From positions 38,998,001-39,062,000 of the forward strand of contig OX597840.1 in NCBI GenBank assembly GCA_951406725.2: 64,000 nucleotides of DNA, read 5' to 3'. The position numbers and the translations under genes are program-made. This stretch comes from Octopus vulgaris (lineage: Eukaryota). The notes below the pieces were generated by a model. That model was not told where the DNA came from, ran no database searches, and worked only from the letters and a program-made list of their open reading frames with translations. Of this stretch, positions 31,083-45,350 are shown piece by piece; the stretch's first letter is position 1; each line of letters opens with the position of its first letter.

Positions 31083-31497
31083 GGCGGCGAGTTGGCAGAA
31101 ACGCTAGCCCGCCGGGCGAAATGATTAGCGGTGTTTCGTCTGCCGTTTCGTTCTAAGTTCAAATTCCGTCGAGATCGACTTTGCCTTTCACTCTTTCGGG
31201 GTCGATAAATTAAGCACCAGTTACGCACTGGGGTCAATATAATCGACTTAATCCGTTTGCCTGTCCCTATTTGTCCCTTCTGTGTTTAGCACCTTGTGGG
31301 TAGTAAAAAAAATAGGCATTACATCTGCCGCTACATTCTGGGTTCAAATTCAGCCGAGGTCGACTTTGCCGTTCATACTTCCGGGTCGATAAATTAAGTA
31401 CCAGTTAGGCACTGGGGTCGATATAATCGACTTAATCCGTTTGTCTGTCCTTGTTTGTCCTCTCTGTGTTTAGCCCCTTGTGGGTAGTAAAGAAATA
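31083..31497 (+). mobile_element. SINE family A dimer with 19-bp TSD, nested in an older antisense A copy
   Basis: AGTATTTATTTTATCGAGT occurs at 31063-31081 and 31498-31516. The host copy continues over 31500-31625. Confidence 0.88.
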
Positions 31498-32007
31498 AGT
31501 ATTTATTTTATCGAGTCCGAAAGTGTGAAAAGTAAAGTCGACCTCAGCGTAATTTGAACTCAGAACATGGAGACTGACAAAAAGAGGCTAGGCATTTTGC
31601 CCGAGCTGCTAAACTATCAGAATACTGCCCTTCAGCCTTAATTACCACCTTTATTTCGCTTTAACTACAATAACCCTACTAGTCTACAGGCGCGTAATAA
31701 TTCGCGTGGTAAGACACATACATACATATCTGCATATAGGTCTATACACAAATCCGTGGCCGTATAGACCTATATACACATACTTACAAACTTATATATA
31801 TGTGTGTGTGTGTGTGTGAATCAGGAGTGACAGAGTGAGCAAGAGTGAGAGAAAGAGTGAGACAGACAGACAGACAGACGTTTGGAATGTAGAGACAAGT
31901 GCGTATATACATATACATATATATATACATACATATATATTTGCATATAGGTCTACACACACATCCATGTGTGTATAGACCTATATACACATACTTATTA
32001 AACTATA

Positions 32008-32040
<33 letters not shown>

Positions 32041-34074
32041 GAATCAGGAGGGAGAGTGAGCGAGAGTGAGAGAAAGAGGGAGACAGACAGACAGACGTGT
32101 AGAATGTAGACACGTGCGTATAAAACGCTATCAGAAGTCATTGGTTTCGATTCCGAGCTCGGGTGATGCCATGTGTTCCTGAACAAAACACTTCGTATCA
32201 CGTTGCTCCAGTTTACTAATTTGCAAATGTGAAACCCATAACGAACTGGCTTTCCGTTCATTAGGGGTTGTTGTGACCTGGTTCACTCATAAACATTAAG
32301 ACAGCAGGGTGTGAATGGAAAGAGGGTTTGTATTAACTGAATACGGGTGGTACGAATTAAAGACGAATTGTTTAAGCAAGACGATATACATAGATAACCA
32401 CACGTTTTCACATTGAGATTATTGTAGTCTGACACAGATGGACATGTCTCTTTTGAAATTTCTTTTCAAACAAATGTCTTTGAAAAACGTGAATGGCTGT
32501 TGATAAAGTGATATCTGATAGAGAATGTCTGACAATAACGAGAGGATGGTCAAGACTGCAAGATATTTGATTACAGCTTTCGTCTATTTGATCAAAGTTG
32601 AGAATCTACCTAAACAGGTAACCGCACCTGTACTTCGTTCTCGTTAAAATTGACGTGAAAGTAAGTTCAGAAGCAATTTACATAGTCATAAATAACCAAC
32701 TCAAAATGTTTTGGCTGTGTGGTAAATAGCTAGCTTACCAACCACATGGTTCCGGGTTTACTCCCACTGCGTGGCACATTGGGCAAGTGTCTTCTACTAG
32801 AGCCTCAGGCCGACCAAAGGCATCATTTGAACTCAGGACGTAACGGCAGACGAAATAACGCTTAGCATTTCGCCCGGCATGCTAACGTTTCTGCCAGATC
32901 GCCGCCTTAAGTATCTGAGATATTGTCTTCTATATTGTCATTATATAACTGTATGCCTAACCTATCGTTAAAATTAATGCGAAGGCGTTGGAGCTAACGA
33001 TGCACGATATTCACCGTTCAAAACCCGGCGATTATTATTCCGCGAAGATTAATAAACTTTCAACCAGAACAAATGAAACGTGTCTTGAATTTTTTCTCTT
33101 TTATTTTCTTTTACTTGTTTCAGGCATTTGATTGCGGCCATGCTAGAGCAACACCTTAAATGGGTTTAGTTGAAAAAAATCGACCCCAGGAATTATTCTT
33201 TGTAAGCCTAGTTCTTATTCTATCGTTCGTTCTGTCGAGCCGCTAAGTTACGGGCACATAGGCACATCAGCATCGGTTGTCAAATGATGGCGGGGGGTGG
33301 GGCAAGTACAGACACGCTCAAAAACGCGCGCGCGCACATACATACATTCATAATACATATCTTTCAGTTTCCGTCTATCAAATCCAATAACCAGGCTTTG
33401 GCTGGCTCGAGGCTATAGTAGAAGAACTTGCTGAAGGTGCCACGCAATCGGACTGAACCCAGAACAACGTGGTTGGGAAGTACGTTTCCTACCACACAGC
33501 CACGCCTTTATAATATTTTACCAAATTCTAAAGCATCGAAGTAGTGAAGGCAATATAATGATGATGACATTTTCAAAGAAATGAATACTGTAATGCGAAA
33601 AAAAAAACCTAGAGTATGGATTGGTGCTTCACTGGATCATATTCATAATTCAAGAAGACAGCCTGTACTTTATATGGAAACTGGATGCAAGCATTCGAAG
33701 ATGGTTCTTTTGGTTTTCCAGTGTTTCCGCCAAGTAAGACGCGGAAGGAGAGGTTTCAACGTAGCGGTTTCAATGGTGGCAGGTTGACAAGGCTGACTAC
33801 AAATCGACGCTTTTCTGGTGACGCCTTTCTTTCACTTAGCCTCTTCACGTGGTCATAGAGGGGGAAATATACTCACAGAGGGAAATGAGAGAAGAGAGAA
33901 ATCGTAATACCGGGCGAGAACGAAAGAAATGTTTGATATGTATTGCACTAAAATTACTCCCAACTCGTTCCTTATTCACAAATGCATAAAGACAAACAAA
34001 AAAAAAAATCAGAGAAACAGACAAAACAAGTAAGAGAGAATCAATCGGGGAACGTTTCATAATGTCTCTCACAT

Positions 34075-34470
34075 TTTCTTTCATTCTTTCTTTCCTCTCT
34101 TCCTTTCTTTCTTTCTTTCTTTCTTTCTTTCCTTCTTTCTTTCTTTCCTTCTTTCTTTCCTTCTTCCTTTCTTTCTTTCTTTCTTTCTTTCTTTCCTTCT
34201 TTCTTTCTTTCTTTCCTTCTTTCTTTCTTCCTTTCTTTCTTCCTTTCTTTCTTTCTTTCTTTCTTTCTTCATTTCTATCTTTCTTTCTTTCTTTCTTTCT
34301 TTCCTTCTTTCTTTCTTTCTTTCTTTCTTTCTTTTTTCCCTTCTTTCTTTCTTTCTTTCTTCCTTTCTTCCTTTCTTTCTTTCTTTCTTTCTTTCTTTCC
34401 TTCTTTCTTTCTTGCTTTCTTTCTTTCCTCTCTCCCTTTCCTCTCTTCCTTTCTTTCTTTCGTTCTTTCC
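34075..34470 (+). repeat. (TTTC)n tract
   Basis: Tetranucleotide repeat. Confidence 0.95.
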
Positions 34471-35334
34471 CTCCAGAATTTCTACTCATCGCATGAAAAT
34501 TTAAATTAACTGTCAGTTTTACTTTGTCAAAATTGTACAGAAATCCATTATGAGAAAATTTATCGTTTTCCCGCTACATGAACCTGTTCCGAACCGTCAT
34601 ATAAATAAAATGAAGAAGAAAGCCATACGTGATTTCGAAGTCGAGTTGACGAGTAGCTGTTATTAGAAGTTTGTTGTTAACTAGTAAGACAACCTAGATT
34701 TCAGGTCGCTAAATATATACCAAGGATAAAAAAAAAAAACGTCTGCTGTCAAACAAGTCAGCGTCGATGCACTGACGCGAATTATGTGGGGCGAACACGA
34801 GACAGGTAAAAAGGTTCATACCGACAAATGAATAATTTAGAATGTCCTGGGCTTTGGCTTGGCAGTGTGGTAAGAATATCGCTTCTTAACCATGTTGTTA
34901 CAGGTTCCGTACCACTGCGTGGCACGTTGGGTAAATATCTTCTACGGGATCCTAGGGCCGACAAAAGGTTTGTGAGTGGATTTGTTACACAGAAAGTGTT
35001 AGAAGCCCTGTGTATATTCATACATATATATATGTATGTATAAATGTAAACTAACATTTGTTGTTGTTGTGTATATCGATGAAAATAAGATGATCATTTA
35101 TTTTTGAACGCAGAAACCCGATCAGAACAGCAAAAAGGTTGCATAAATTACTCTTACAAAGCAGAAAAAAAAAATTGTCAACAACTAACTACGGGGATTC
35201 GAACTCATATTTCTTGATATGATTCCGGTTAATAGATTTAACATTTGGCTAATTAGCTCGCTGGCAAATCAACCCGCTTTTTAGACGATTTGAAAGCTAA
35301 ATGTGCGACAACGTGTATAATTACCAATATTTGT

Positions 35335-35546
35335 TTTCTACTCTAGGCAGAAGGCCCAAAATTATTGAGGAGGGAGCTAGTCGATTACATTAACTCCAGT
35401 AGGTAACTGGTACTTAATTTATTGACCCCCGAAAGGGTGAAAGGCAATGTCGACCTCGGCGCGATTTGTACACAAACGCTACAGACAGACGAAATACCTC
35501 TAAGAATTTCGCCCGCCTTACTAACGTTTCTGCCAGCACGCCGCCT
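35335..35546 (-). mobile_element. SINE family A, alternative-tail subfamily (other degenerate A copies at ~4604-4795, 15015-15230, 32825-32908, 41905-42040, 51255-51340)
   Basis: Same head and core. The tail is GGGCCTTCTGCCTAGAGTAGAAAA. Confidence 0.75.
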
Positions 35547-35628
35547 AAATACCAATGTTTCTGCTGATCTAACGGCGTCTCTGCGTGGGAAAATAAATTA
35601 TCTTATTTGTATATACGTAGGTATGTAC

Positions 35629-35705
<77 letters not shown>

Positions 35706-35731
35706 CATATATATATATACATATATATATA

Positions 35732-35862
<131 letters not shown>

Positions 35863-35874
35863 GTATATACATAT

Positions 35875-36036
<162 letters not shown>

Positions 36037-36041
36037 AATTA

Positions 36042-36526
36042 TAAATAAATGGCACAACAAATTATTAATAAGTACCGATATTTACTGGAAATAGCGAACG
36101 TAAAAATACGACGCTAATGTGTAGCTTCACCGCGTATGTATTAGCAAAAATGCGTGTGTGCAACAAATTAGAGAAAAAAAAAAAAAAAAGCAACATCTTC
36201 ACCGTTTCTCGTACTGTTAGCGTTAGTATTAATGTGGTAACATCGTAGATTTCGTCTTGGTATATTTTTGGCTGATGAAGGTAAAACAAAATATGGGTGA
36301 GAGACATATCTTGTAAAACCTGAAACCTGCAGGTACCACATTATCCTTTTCCGGGTGTTTCATCTTTCAGATGTTCTCCCTGGAGGTAAGACGGTTTTTT
36401 TTTTTTCTAATTTGTTGCAAACACGCATTTTTGCTAATACATACGCGGTGAAGCTACACATTAGCGTCGTATTTTTACGTTCGCTATTTCCAGTAAATAT
36501 CGGTACTTAGTTGTGCCATTTATTTA
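36042..36526. repeat. Fold-back inverted repeat (~135-bp arms) enclosing a hammerhead; probable Penelope-like inverted pLTR
   Basis: 36042-36189 is the near-perfect reverse complement of 36394-36526, apart from one ~10-nt indel. (TA)n lies directly upstream and ~70 bp downstream. Confidence 0.9.
36269..36338 (+). ncRNA. Type I hammerhead ribozyme, intact catalytic core
   Basis: CTGATGA (36272-36278); stem II AGGT/ACCT (36279-36282/36318-36321), extended by ACAAAATATG/CATATCTTGT; GAAA (36322-36325); stem III ACC-TGCA-GGT with a palindromic loop; cleavage triplet GTA ending at 36335; stem I TGG/CCA. Confidence 0.88.
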
Positions 36527-36555
36527 CTAATTTCTGTATTTTTCCCTCACGGGCT

Positions 36556-36591
36556 ACTTTTTACTGGAAGGCAATACTTTGTATTGCATTA

Positions 36592-36645
<54 letters not shown>

Positions 36646-36679
36646 TAATGCAATACAAAGTATTGCCTTAGTAAAAAGT
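36556..36679. repeat. Palindrome centred on a (TA)n tract
   Basis: AAGGCAATACTTTGTATTGCATTACT-(TA)n-AGTAATGCAATACAAAGTATTGCCTT. Confidence 0.9.
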
Positions 36680-36684
36680 CGTGA

Positions 36685-37236
<552 letters not shown>

Positions 37237-37507
37237 ATATATACGTGAGTCTTTGTGCCTGGGTCTGTCCCCTTACTATTGCCAGACAAGCGACCGAAGA
37301 GACCATTAGAACAAGTTCCAGGAATATGAATTAAGGGTTGACTCCTTCGACTAAAGTTTCCCAAGGTGGTGCCCCAGCATGGCCACTGTTAATTGACTGA
37401 AACAAGCTAAAGATAAAATATAAAAGATAAGAGAAGGCAGCATTGCGTGAACTGAATACGCAGCAACAAACGAATTTGTGTAAACATTTGCTGATGACGA
37501 GTAAGAA

Positions 37508-38017
37508 TCTCTATATCTATAAACGGCAAAATGTCTGTGTCTCTGTGTGTCCGTGTGTCCTTTATACAAATCCACTGTTTTTCACGTAAAAGACTTGTAT
37601 TTTCTGTAAGCTTTCAAAACTGACTGAGGGTCGTCATGAAGATCTTTTCATTTCCCCAGTCACCCCAGAAAGCCATTAAAAAGTCGATAAACTGAACCTT
37701 TCTGCCCATAAGTTATTTTGCGACCAAATTCGAGTTTTACTCGATTTTTTCTGCGTCCTGTTTAGTTCAACTAATGACATGTGCACAGTCCCGCTAATTT
37801 TCGATGATTATGCCGTTCCAGGTGTGAAAACCGAAGTCGAATGGATATTAATTACTCTCATAGAAAGCTCCAATTAGCTCATAAACAACAAAACTGGCCC
37901 GGGGCTGAAACGGGATAAGAAACATAGCTCTTGATTTAGTTAGAAATTTTTACTGCGACCCGGCAACGAGCAAAAAGCACTAAAATTAGACCCAGCAACG
38001 CCGGGTCATAATACTAG
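37508..38017 (+). mobile_element. Non-autonomous Helitron
   Basis: 5' TC(TC)TATATCTATAAA start. The 3' hairpin GACCCAGCAACGCCGGGTC is followed by CTAG at 38014-38017. Confidence 0.7.
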
Positions 38018-38348
38018 GCTTAATCTATACGCTTAAAATTCAGAGATTCATGAATGTTCTAGTGTTTGGAGATGATGCCCGAAAGAATGAATTTGTCTGT
38101 TGAATGGAAAAGTGTTGAGATAAAAAGAATCAACAGTGAAAGATTGTTGGAAAACAAACTACGTGTAAGATTTAAAGCCAAGTTTTAAATGTTTTGGGGA
38201 TTAACCTCGAGCGGAGTGAAAAGAAAATATTTTGACTTTGGAATCAATTTGACTTCTAAGTTAGCAATTAAAATGTAGAATGTGAATGGTTTATATGCCT
38301 TTCAGCTAGTGGTGACCAATGGAACTTTGATAAGCGAGTTTGAACCAA

Positions 38349-38467
38349 TGATGACGATGACGACGATGAAGACGACGACGATGATGATGATGAACATGAT
38401 GATGATTATGGTGGTGATGATGATGATGATGATGGGGATGATGATGATGAGGATGATGACGATGGTG

Positions 38468-38498
<31 letters not shown>

Positions 38499-38751
38499 AC
38501 ATGATGATGATTATGGTGATGATGATGATGATGATGGGGATGATGATGATGAGGATGATGAAGATGGTGATGATGATGATGGTGATGATTATGATGATGA
38601 TGATGATGATGACGATGATGATGATGATGATGATGATGTTGATGATGATGTTGATGATGATGACGATGACCACGATGATGATGACGATGATGATGATGAT
38701 GATGATGACGATGACCACGATGATGATGGTGATGATGATGACGATGACCAC

Positions 38752-38797
<46 letters not shown>

Positions 38798-38885
38798 GTG
38801 ATGATGATAATGATGATGATTATGAAGGTGATGATGATGATGATGATGATTATGATGATGGTGATGATGATGATGTGGATGAAGG

Positions 38886-38928
<43 letters not shown>

Positions 38929-38965
38929 GATGGTGATGATGATGATGATGAGGACGACGACGATG
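38349..38965 (+). repeat. Cryptic (GAT)n tract with higher-order duplication
   Basis: The variant pattern GAACAT...TATGGT...GGGGAT...GAGGAT recurs about 102 bp apart. Confidence 0.92.
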
Positions 38966-39186
38966 CGGGAGACGAAGGAGGACAAGTTGGACGTCAACGA
39001 GTACGACAACAACGATGACGTGGACTAAGATGAAAGCGTCGACGATGACGGAAGCGACGGCTGCGATTAAGAATAAGAAGAACGTTCTTAAATTATTACT
39101 GAATAGCATTATAGGAAAGAATTCTTAGCCCTTCTTTAGTCCTACATCTCTATGTTTTATGCCTTTATATATTTACCCACATGTGG

Positions 39187-39548
39187 AGGCGCAATGGCCC
39201 AGTGGTTAGGGCAGCGGACTCGCGGTTTCGATTCCCAGACCGGGCGTTGTGAGTGTTTATTGAGCGAAAACACCTAAAAGCTCCACGAGGCTCCGGCAGG
39301 GGATGGTGGTGATCCCTGCTGTACTCTTTCACCACAATTTTCTCTCACTCTTACTTCCTGTTTCTGTTGTACCTGTATTTCAAAGGGCCGGCCTTGTCAC
39401 TCTCTGTGTCACGCTGAATATCCCCGAGAACTACGTTAAGGGTACACGTGTCTGTGGAGTGCTCAGCCACTTACACATTAATTTCACGAGCAGGCTGTTC
39501 CGTTGATTCGGATCAACCGGAACCCTCGTCGTCGTAACCGACGGAGTG
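39187..39548 (+). mobile_element. SINE family C, tail type 2
   Basis: Same head as 36928. The 3' half matches 46335-46510. Confidence 0.82.
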
Positions 39549-39617
39549 CTTCCATCCATATTTACCCACAGTTATTTGAAGAACATCTGCCATTTCTTGA
39601 ACGCTACCGTATCAGTT

Positions 39618-40210
39618 GAGCTGGCAGAATCGTTAGCGCGCCGGGCGAAATGCTTTGCGGTATTTCGTCTGCCCTTACGTTCTGAGTTCAAATTCCGTCG
39701 AGGTCGACTTTGCCTTTCATCTTTTCGGGGTCGATAAATAAAGTACCAATTACGGACTGGGGTCGATATAATCGACTTAATCCGTTTGTCTGTCCTTGTT
39801 TGTCCCCTCTGTGTTTAGCCCCTTGTGGGTAGTAAATAAATAAGTATTTCGTCTGCCGCTACGTCCTGAGTTCAAATTCCGGCAAGGTCGACTTTGCCTT
39901 TCATCCTCTCGGGGTCGATAAATAAAGTACCAGTTACGCACTGGGGTCGATGTAATCGACTTCATCCGTTTGTCTGTCTTTGCTTGTCCTCTCTGTGTTT
40001 AGCTCCTTGTGGGTAGTAAAGAAATAGGTATTTCGTCTGCCGCTACGTCCTGAGTTCAAATTCCGCCGAGGTCGACTTTGCCTTTCATCCTTTCGGGGTC
40101 GATAAATAAAGTTCTAGTTACGCACTGGGGGTCGATATAATCGACTTAATACCTACGTCTGTCCTTGTGTGTCCTCTCTATGTTTAGCCCATCGTGGGCA
40201 ATAAAGAAAT
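39618..40210 (+). mobile_element. SINE family A trimer (one head, three ~183-bp units)
   Basis: Units join at ...AAATAAATAA|GTATTTCGTCTG and ...AAAGAAATAG|GTATTTCGTCTG. Confidence 0.9.
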
Positions 40211-40395
40211 ATATTTTTGGATGTGTGAGTGTTTGTTTCCGTTTGTATTATTTTCAGTGAGTAGCGTTCGCCAGACACTCATCTAAAGACCTTGGTTTAC
40301 TGAGGGAACTAACGCTAGGAATATCCTCTTCTATAAGAGAGAGAAAGAGAGAGAGACAGTAGCAGACGGAAACAAACACTCACAAACAAAAAATA

Positions 40396-41140
40396 TATTT
40401 CTTTATTGCACACAAGGGGCTAAACACAGATGGGACAAACGAGGACAGACAAAGGGATTAAGTCGATTACATCGACCCCAGTGCGAAGATGGTACATTAT
40501 TTATCGACCCCGAAAGGATGAAAGGCAAAGTCGACCTCGGCGGAATTTGAACTCAGAGCGTAACGGCAGACGAAATAACTATTCCCTATTTCTTTACTAC
40601 CCACAAGGGGCTAAACACAGAGAGGACAAACGAGGACAGACAAAGGGATTAAGTCGATTACATCGACCCCAGTGCGAAGATGGTACTTAATTTATCGACC
40701 CCGAAAGGATGAAAGGCAAAGTCGACCTCGGCGGAATTTGAACTCAGAACGTAACGGCAGACGAAATACCTATTCCCTATTTCTTTACTACCCACAAGGG
40801 GCTAAACACAGAGAGGACAAACAAGGACAGGCAAAGGGATTAAGTCGATTCCATCGACCCCAGTGCGAAAATGGTACACAATTTATCGACCCCGAAAGGA
40901 TGAAAGGCAAAGTCGACCTCGGCAGAATTTGAACTCAGAACGTAACGGCAGACGAAATACCTATTTCTTTACTACCCACAAGGGGCTAAACACAGAGAGG
41001 ACAAACAACGACAGACAAAGGGATTAAGTCGATTATATCGACCCCAGTGCGTAGATGGTACTTTATTTATCGACCACAAGGGGATGAAAGGCAAAGTCGA
41101 CCGTGGCGGAATTTGAACTCAGAACGTAAACGGCTGACGG
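40396..41140 (-). mobile_element. SINE family A tetramer, head-less, inverted relative to the trimer
   Basis: Four ~185-190-bp units. Confidence 0.9.
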
Positions 41141-42058
41141 AGATAGAAAGTCGGTGTGAGGGACAGAGTTGGAATAACAGAGAAGAAACGATTTCTTTTC
41201 TGTAAATGACTGAACCCTGAGACAGATTTTGCATTTATCAATTCCTTAAACAGGAAAAGAAACATTAAAAGAGATGCCGCCGGCCATTCTACGCGACAGT
41301 CAAACGACTCTGCCAGTTTGCAACAGGAATTAATTAATTAACACTGAAAAAGACTAACAGACAGACACACACTAAGTATGTCTTCTTTGTTCATTGGTAG
41401 ACAATTTCATCGGAGTAAATTAATGAGAATTATTGAGATATTTCTGTAACAAATTACATTGGCAGCTTTCGACCTGTGTACATACATTTGCTATACTTTC
41501 TAAAAGTACATATCATTCGCCGATATTTGAAATAATTGTCGTGTTTGTGACAAGTTGTTGTCGTTTCGCTTTGCAATCATATTATGTTCGGCTTTGAATT
41601 TCAACATAATGACAACCAAGATAAGTTTAATTCTAAATAATTTTCAGCGCAGAAAGATAAATCGTTGCCGCCATTGCAGGCGACCGTGATGTAGTCACCG
41701 ACGTTGTTGTTGTTGTTGTTGTTGTTGTTGATATGGCCGTCGTGTTTGTTGTTAATGTTCTTGTTGTTGTTTAATGTATGGTGTTGATATTAAGATATTA
41801 ATGTTGCTGTTATTAAACTTGCTGTCGGAAATGATCTTACCGCTATTGTTGTTCTGATTTATGTTGCTGTTGTTGTGTTAATACTGATGACAGATTTTGA
41901 TACAAGGCCACAGATTTCGGGGAGGCGGTAAATGAATTTCATCGACCGCAGTGAGCAAGTGGTACTTATTTTATCGATCCCGACGCGATCCGAACTCAGA
42001 ACGTGAAGCAATACCGCTAAGCATTTTGTCCAGCCGTGATAATGTTAACATTTTACAA

Positions 42059-42243
42059 GACGCAGGAGTGGCTGTGTGGTAAGTAGTTTGCTTACCAACC
42101 ACATGGCTCTGGGTTCAGTTCCACCGCGTGGCACCTTTGGCAAGTGTCTTCTATTGTAGCCTCGGGCCGACCAAAGCCTTGTCAGTGGATTTGATAGACG
42201 GAAACTGAAAGAAGCCCGTCGTATATATGTATAAATATATCTT

Positions 42244-42276
<33 letters not shown>

Positions 42277-42371
42277 TTGTATATCTGTGTCCCACAATAT
42301 CGCTACACAACCGATGCTAGTTTGTTTACGTCCCCGTAGAGGGAAACTGAAAGAAGCCTGTCGTATATATG

Positions 42372-42404
<33 letters not shown>

Positions 42405-42628
42405 ATATGTTTGTGTGTCTGTCTTTGTCCCTCTAGCATTGCTTGACAACCGATAATGGTGTGTTTACGTCGCCGTCACTTTGCGCTTCGGCGAAAGAGA
42501 CCGATAAAATAAGTACTAGACTTACAAAGAAGAGGTCCTGGGGTCGATTTGTTTCGACTAAATGCGCTGCTCCAGCATGGCCGCAGTCAAAATGGCTGAA
42601 ACAAAATAAAAGAACAAAAGAAAAGAAC
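42059..42628 (+). mobile_element. SINE family B with internal duplication
   Basis: The GGAAACTGAAAGAAGCC...CCGATGCT segment occurs twice. Confidence 0.85.
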
Positions 42629-43040
42629 AAAGTAATCGCTATGATTTTGTACATGTCTTTCGGTTCCTGGTAGGAATTTTTACATTCATATTCTCTCATT
42701 CATCCGCAAAGATATCACAGGATTTTCTCTTATATTTAGTGAGCGCAAATGTCGTGTGAACGACAGTAAACGCAGAGAGAATGAGAGAGAAAGAGAGAGG
42801 CAGAGAGAGAGAGAGAGAGAACAAAGAGCGAGTAAAAGATGTACTGAAAGACAAAGATACTGAAGTGTGTTGACGTACGTAACATGTGACAAGTATTCTG
42901 TCATAATGGCAAGGAAATATATAATTATTGAAATATAAACCTCTATGCTATGTCGACTATTAACGAAATCTATAGAAATATGTGTCTCTACATAACTGAA
43001 TATATGCCTATAGATATATTTGCGGTTGTGTATAGATTCA

Positions 43041-43080
<40 letters not shown>

Positions 43081-43174
43081 TCAATATAGGGTAGCAAAAA
43101 ATTCAATAGAAATTTATCGTCACCAGCGGTCCAGTGAGAAAGAGAAAATAGTCAAAGACTATATATATAAATTC

Positions 43175-43220
43175 AACAACAATTGAGGAATGGTCTATTA
43201 AGGCCATTCCTCAATTGTTG

Positions 43221-43222
<2 letters not shown>
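43175..43222. repeat. Short fold-back hairpin abutting (TA)n
   Basis: AACAACAATTGAGGAATGGTCT-ATTA-AGGCCATTCCTCAATTGTTGTT. Confidence 0.85.
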
Positions 43223-43271
<49 letters not shown>

Positions 43272-43304
43272 TATAAATAGAGAGAGAGAGACAGAGACAG
43301 AGAC

Positions 43305-43442
<138 letters not shown>

Positions 43443-43735
43443 GTAGGTAGGTAGATAGATATAGATAGGTAAATCCTACTTGGAAAAGGATGCATGGTCT
43501 CGACCATATAATAGTATAAATAATATATAAATATATGCATATATACATACATATATGTACATGCATACATCTGTATGTATATATACATGCTTATATGAGT
43601 ACAGAACATATAAAAAACGCTGAACACAATGAGAAACGAAAACATAAAAACAAAAACATGGAAACGAACTTTTTTTTTCAAACAACGAAAAAGACAGAGT
43701 ACAAGACATACAACACAAGAATTATTCCCCTTATA

Positions 43736-43780
<45 letters not shown>

Positions 43781-43922
43781 TGTGTTTTCATGTTTGGATT
43801 AAATTTATATATATATATAAATTTAATCCAATCATGAAAACACCAAGAGAAAGCACAACAACGTCAGAACGTGGAACAATTATAATATTATTGGACGCTC
43901 AGGAAGGAAGGGAAGAACGAGG

Positions 43923-43957
43923 GTTTAACGTTTCGAGCGGCGCTCTTCGCCAGAAAC
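43923..43957 (-). ncRNA. Minimal hammerhead motif with one core substitution, inside a Penelope-like terminal-repeat fragment (~43830-44030)
   Basis: Minus strand reads GTTT-CTGGCGA-A-GAGC-GCC-GCTC-GAAAC-GTT-AAAC. The core is CUGGCGA instead of CUGANGA, and stem I is GTTT/AAAC. Confidence 0.7.
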
Positions 43958-44028
43958 ATAGGAGAAGGAAAGATCCAGAGAAGGGAAGACAAAGGAAAAA
44001 GAATCGCCAACGGTACACACGCGGTCAC

Positions 44029-44143
<115 letters not shown>

Positions 44144-45186
44144 ATTTATATATATATGTATGTATGTATGTATGTAAGTATGTATGTACAAATATAATCA
44201 CACAAACAGGTATACACATACATGCTCACTCATATACACACAAAAACACCCACATGTACGTTTGTATATCGCTGTATCAAACAGACAACGATTAACTTGT
44301 GGTCAGAATACACTACATCACATTGTTGTCGCTCTCGAACGACATCCACGCTTCGGCCACTTGGAACGGCAAGGCAGAACTGCTCCACAACTAGGTTAGC
44401 AGACCGCCACATTGTTTACAATTTAAAAGGTCAGTGAATTTGAGCAACCTCAACAGTATGCATGTGCGTGTGTGCGTGTGTGTGGGAGATGTTTTGGGCT
44501 CTATTACAAAACCGTTGCTATATGAACAGAATTTCATCTTATCGATTATTCAGACATAAAAGCGAAATTCACTCAGGTCTCAAGAAATTTCAGCTGTTTA
44601 TAAAATAAAACCCTAACAATCACATCACCATCATACAAGTACACTTCCCCCATTGTAAACAAATAAACCTTATATATATATATGTGTGTATATATAGATA
44701 TATGCGAATATGTACAGGCATACGTAGATATATATATGCAATACGTATGCAAGCACACGCGCTAATGCATTTATGCATATTATATCAATGCGTTTGTGTT
44801 TCTATGTATTAATCTCTGGGCATTCAATAACTACCATTGCGTATAGATATGCAAATATCTATTATTATTTCTACGTTTTGTGTATTTTTATATTCCCATT
44901 CGTTATTTTTGCTTAAATGCGATAAAACATATCCATTTAATTTCATTATCTCACAAACTTATATTTTCATAAACTATTTTGTTTTTTTCGTATTGCGATA
45001 TTATTATTATTACTTTTATTATTATTATTATGATTATTATTGTTATTATTATTATTATTATCATCATCATCATTATTATGGTAAGGCTGTGTGTTTCATT
45101 ATCAGATGTATATCATTTATCATTTTAATCTCAGCATGTGCGCCTGTATTCCTTTTAATCGAATATGTATACACACACACACGCAC

Positions 45187-45271
<85 letters not shown>

Positions 45272-45304
45272 TATATATATATACATATATATACATATAT
45301 ATAC

Positions 45305-45350
<46 letters not shown>

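Noticed and set aside
33581-33787. Possible coding exon near a GTAAG donor-like site
   Set aside because: Alternative frames hit stops and no peptide was recognisable.
37492-37520. CTGATGA motifs here and at 41884, CTGACGA at 4268, and minus-strand CTGAAGA at 23205 and 63518
   Set aside because: No correctly placed stem II + GAAA + stem I pairing.
39618-41140. CRISPR-like regular repeats
   Set aside because: The units are ~185-bp SINE bodies with no unique spacers, in a eukaryotic context.
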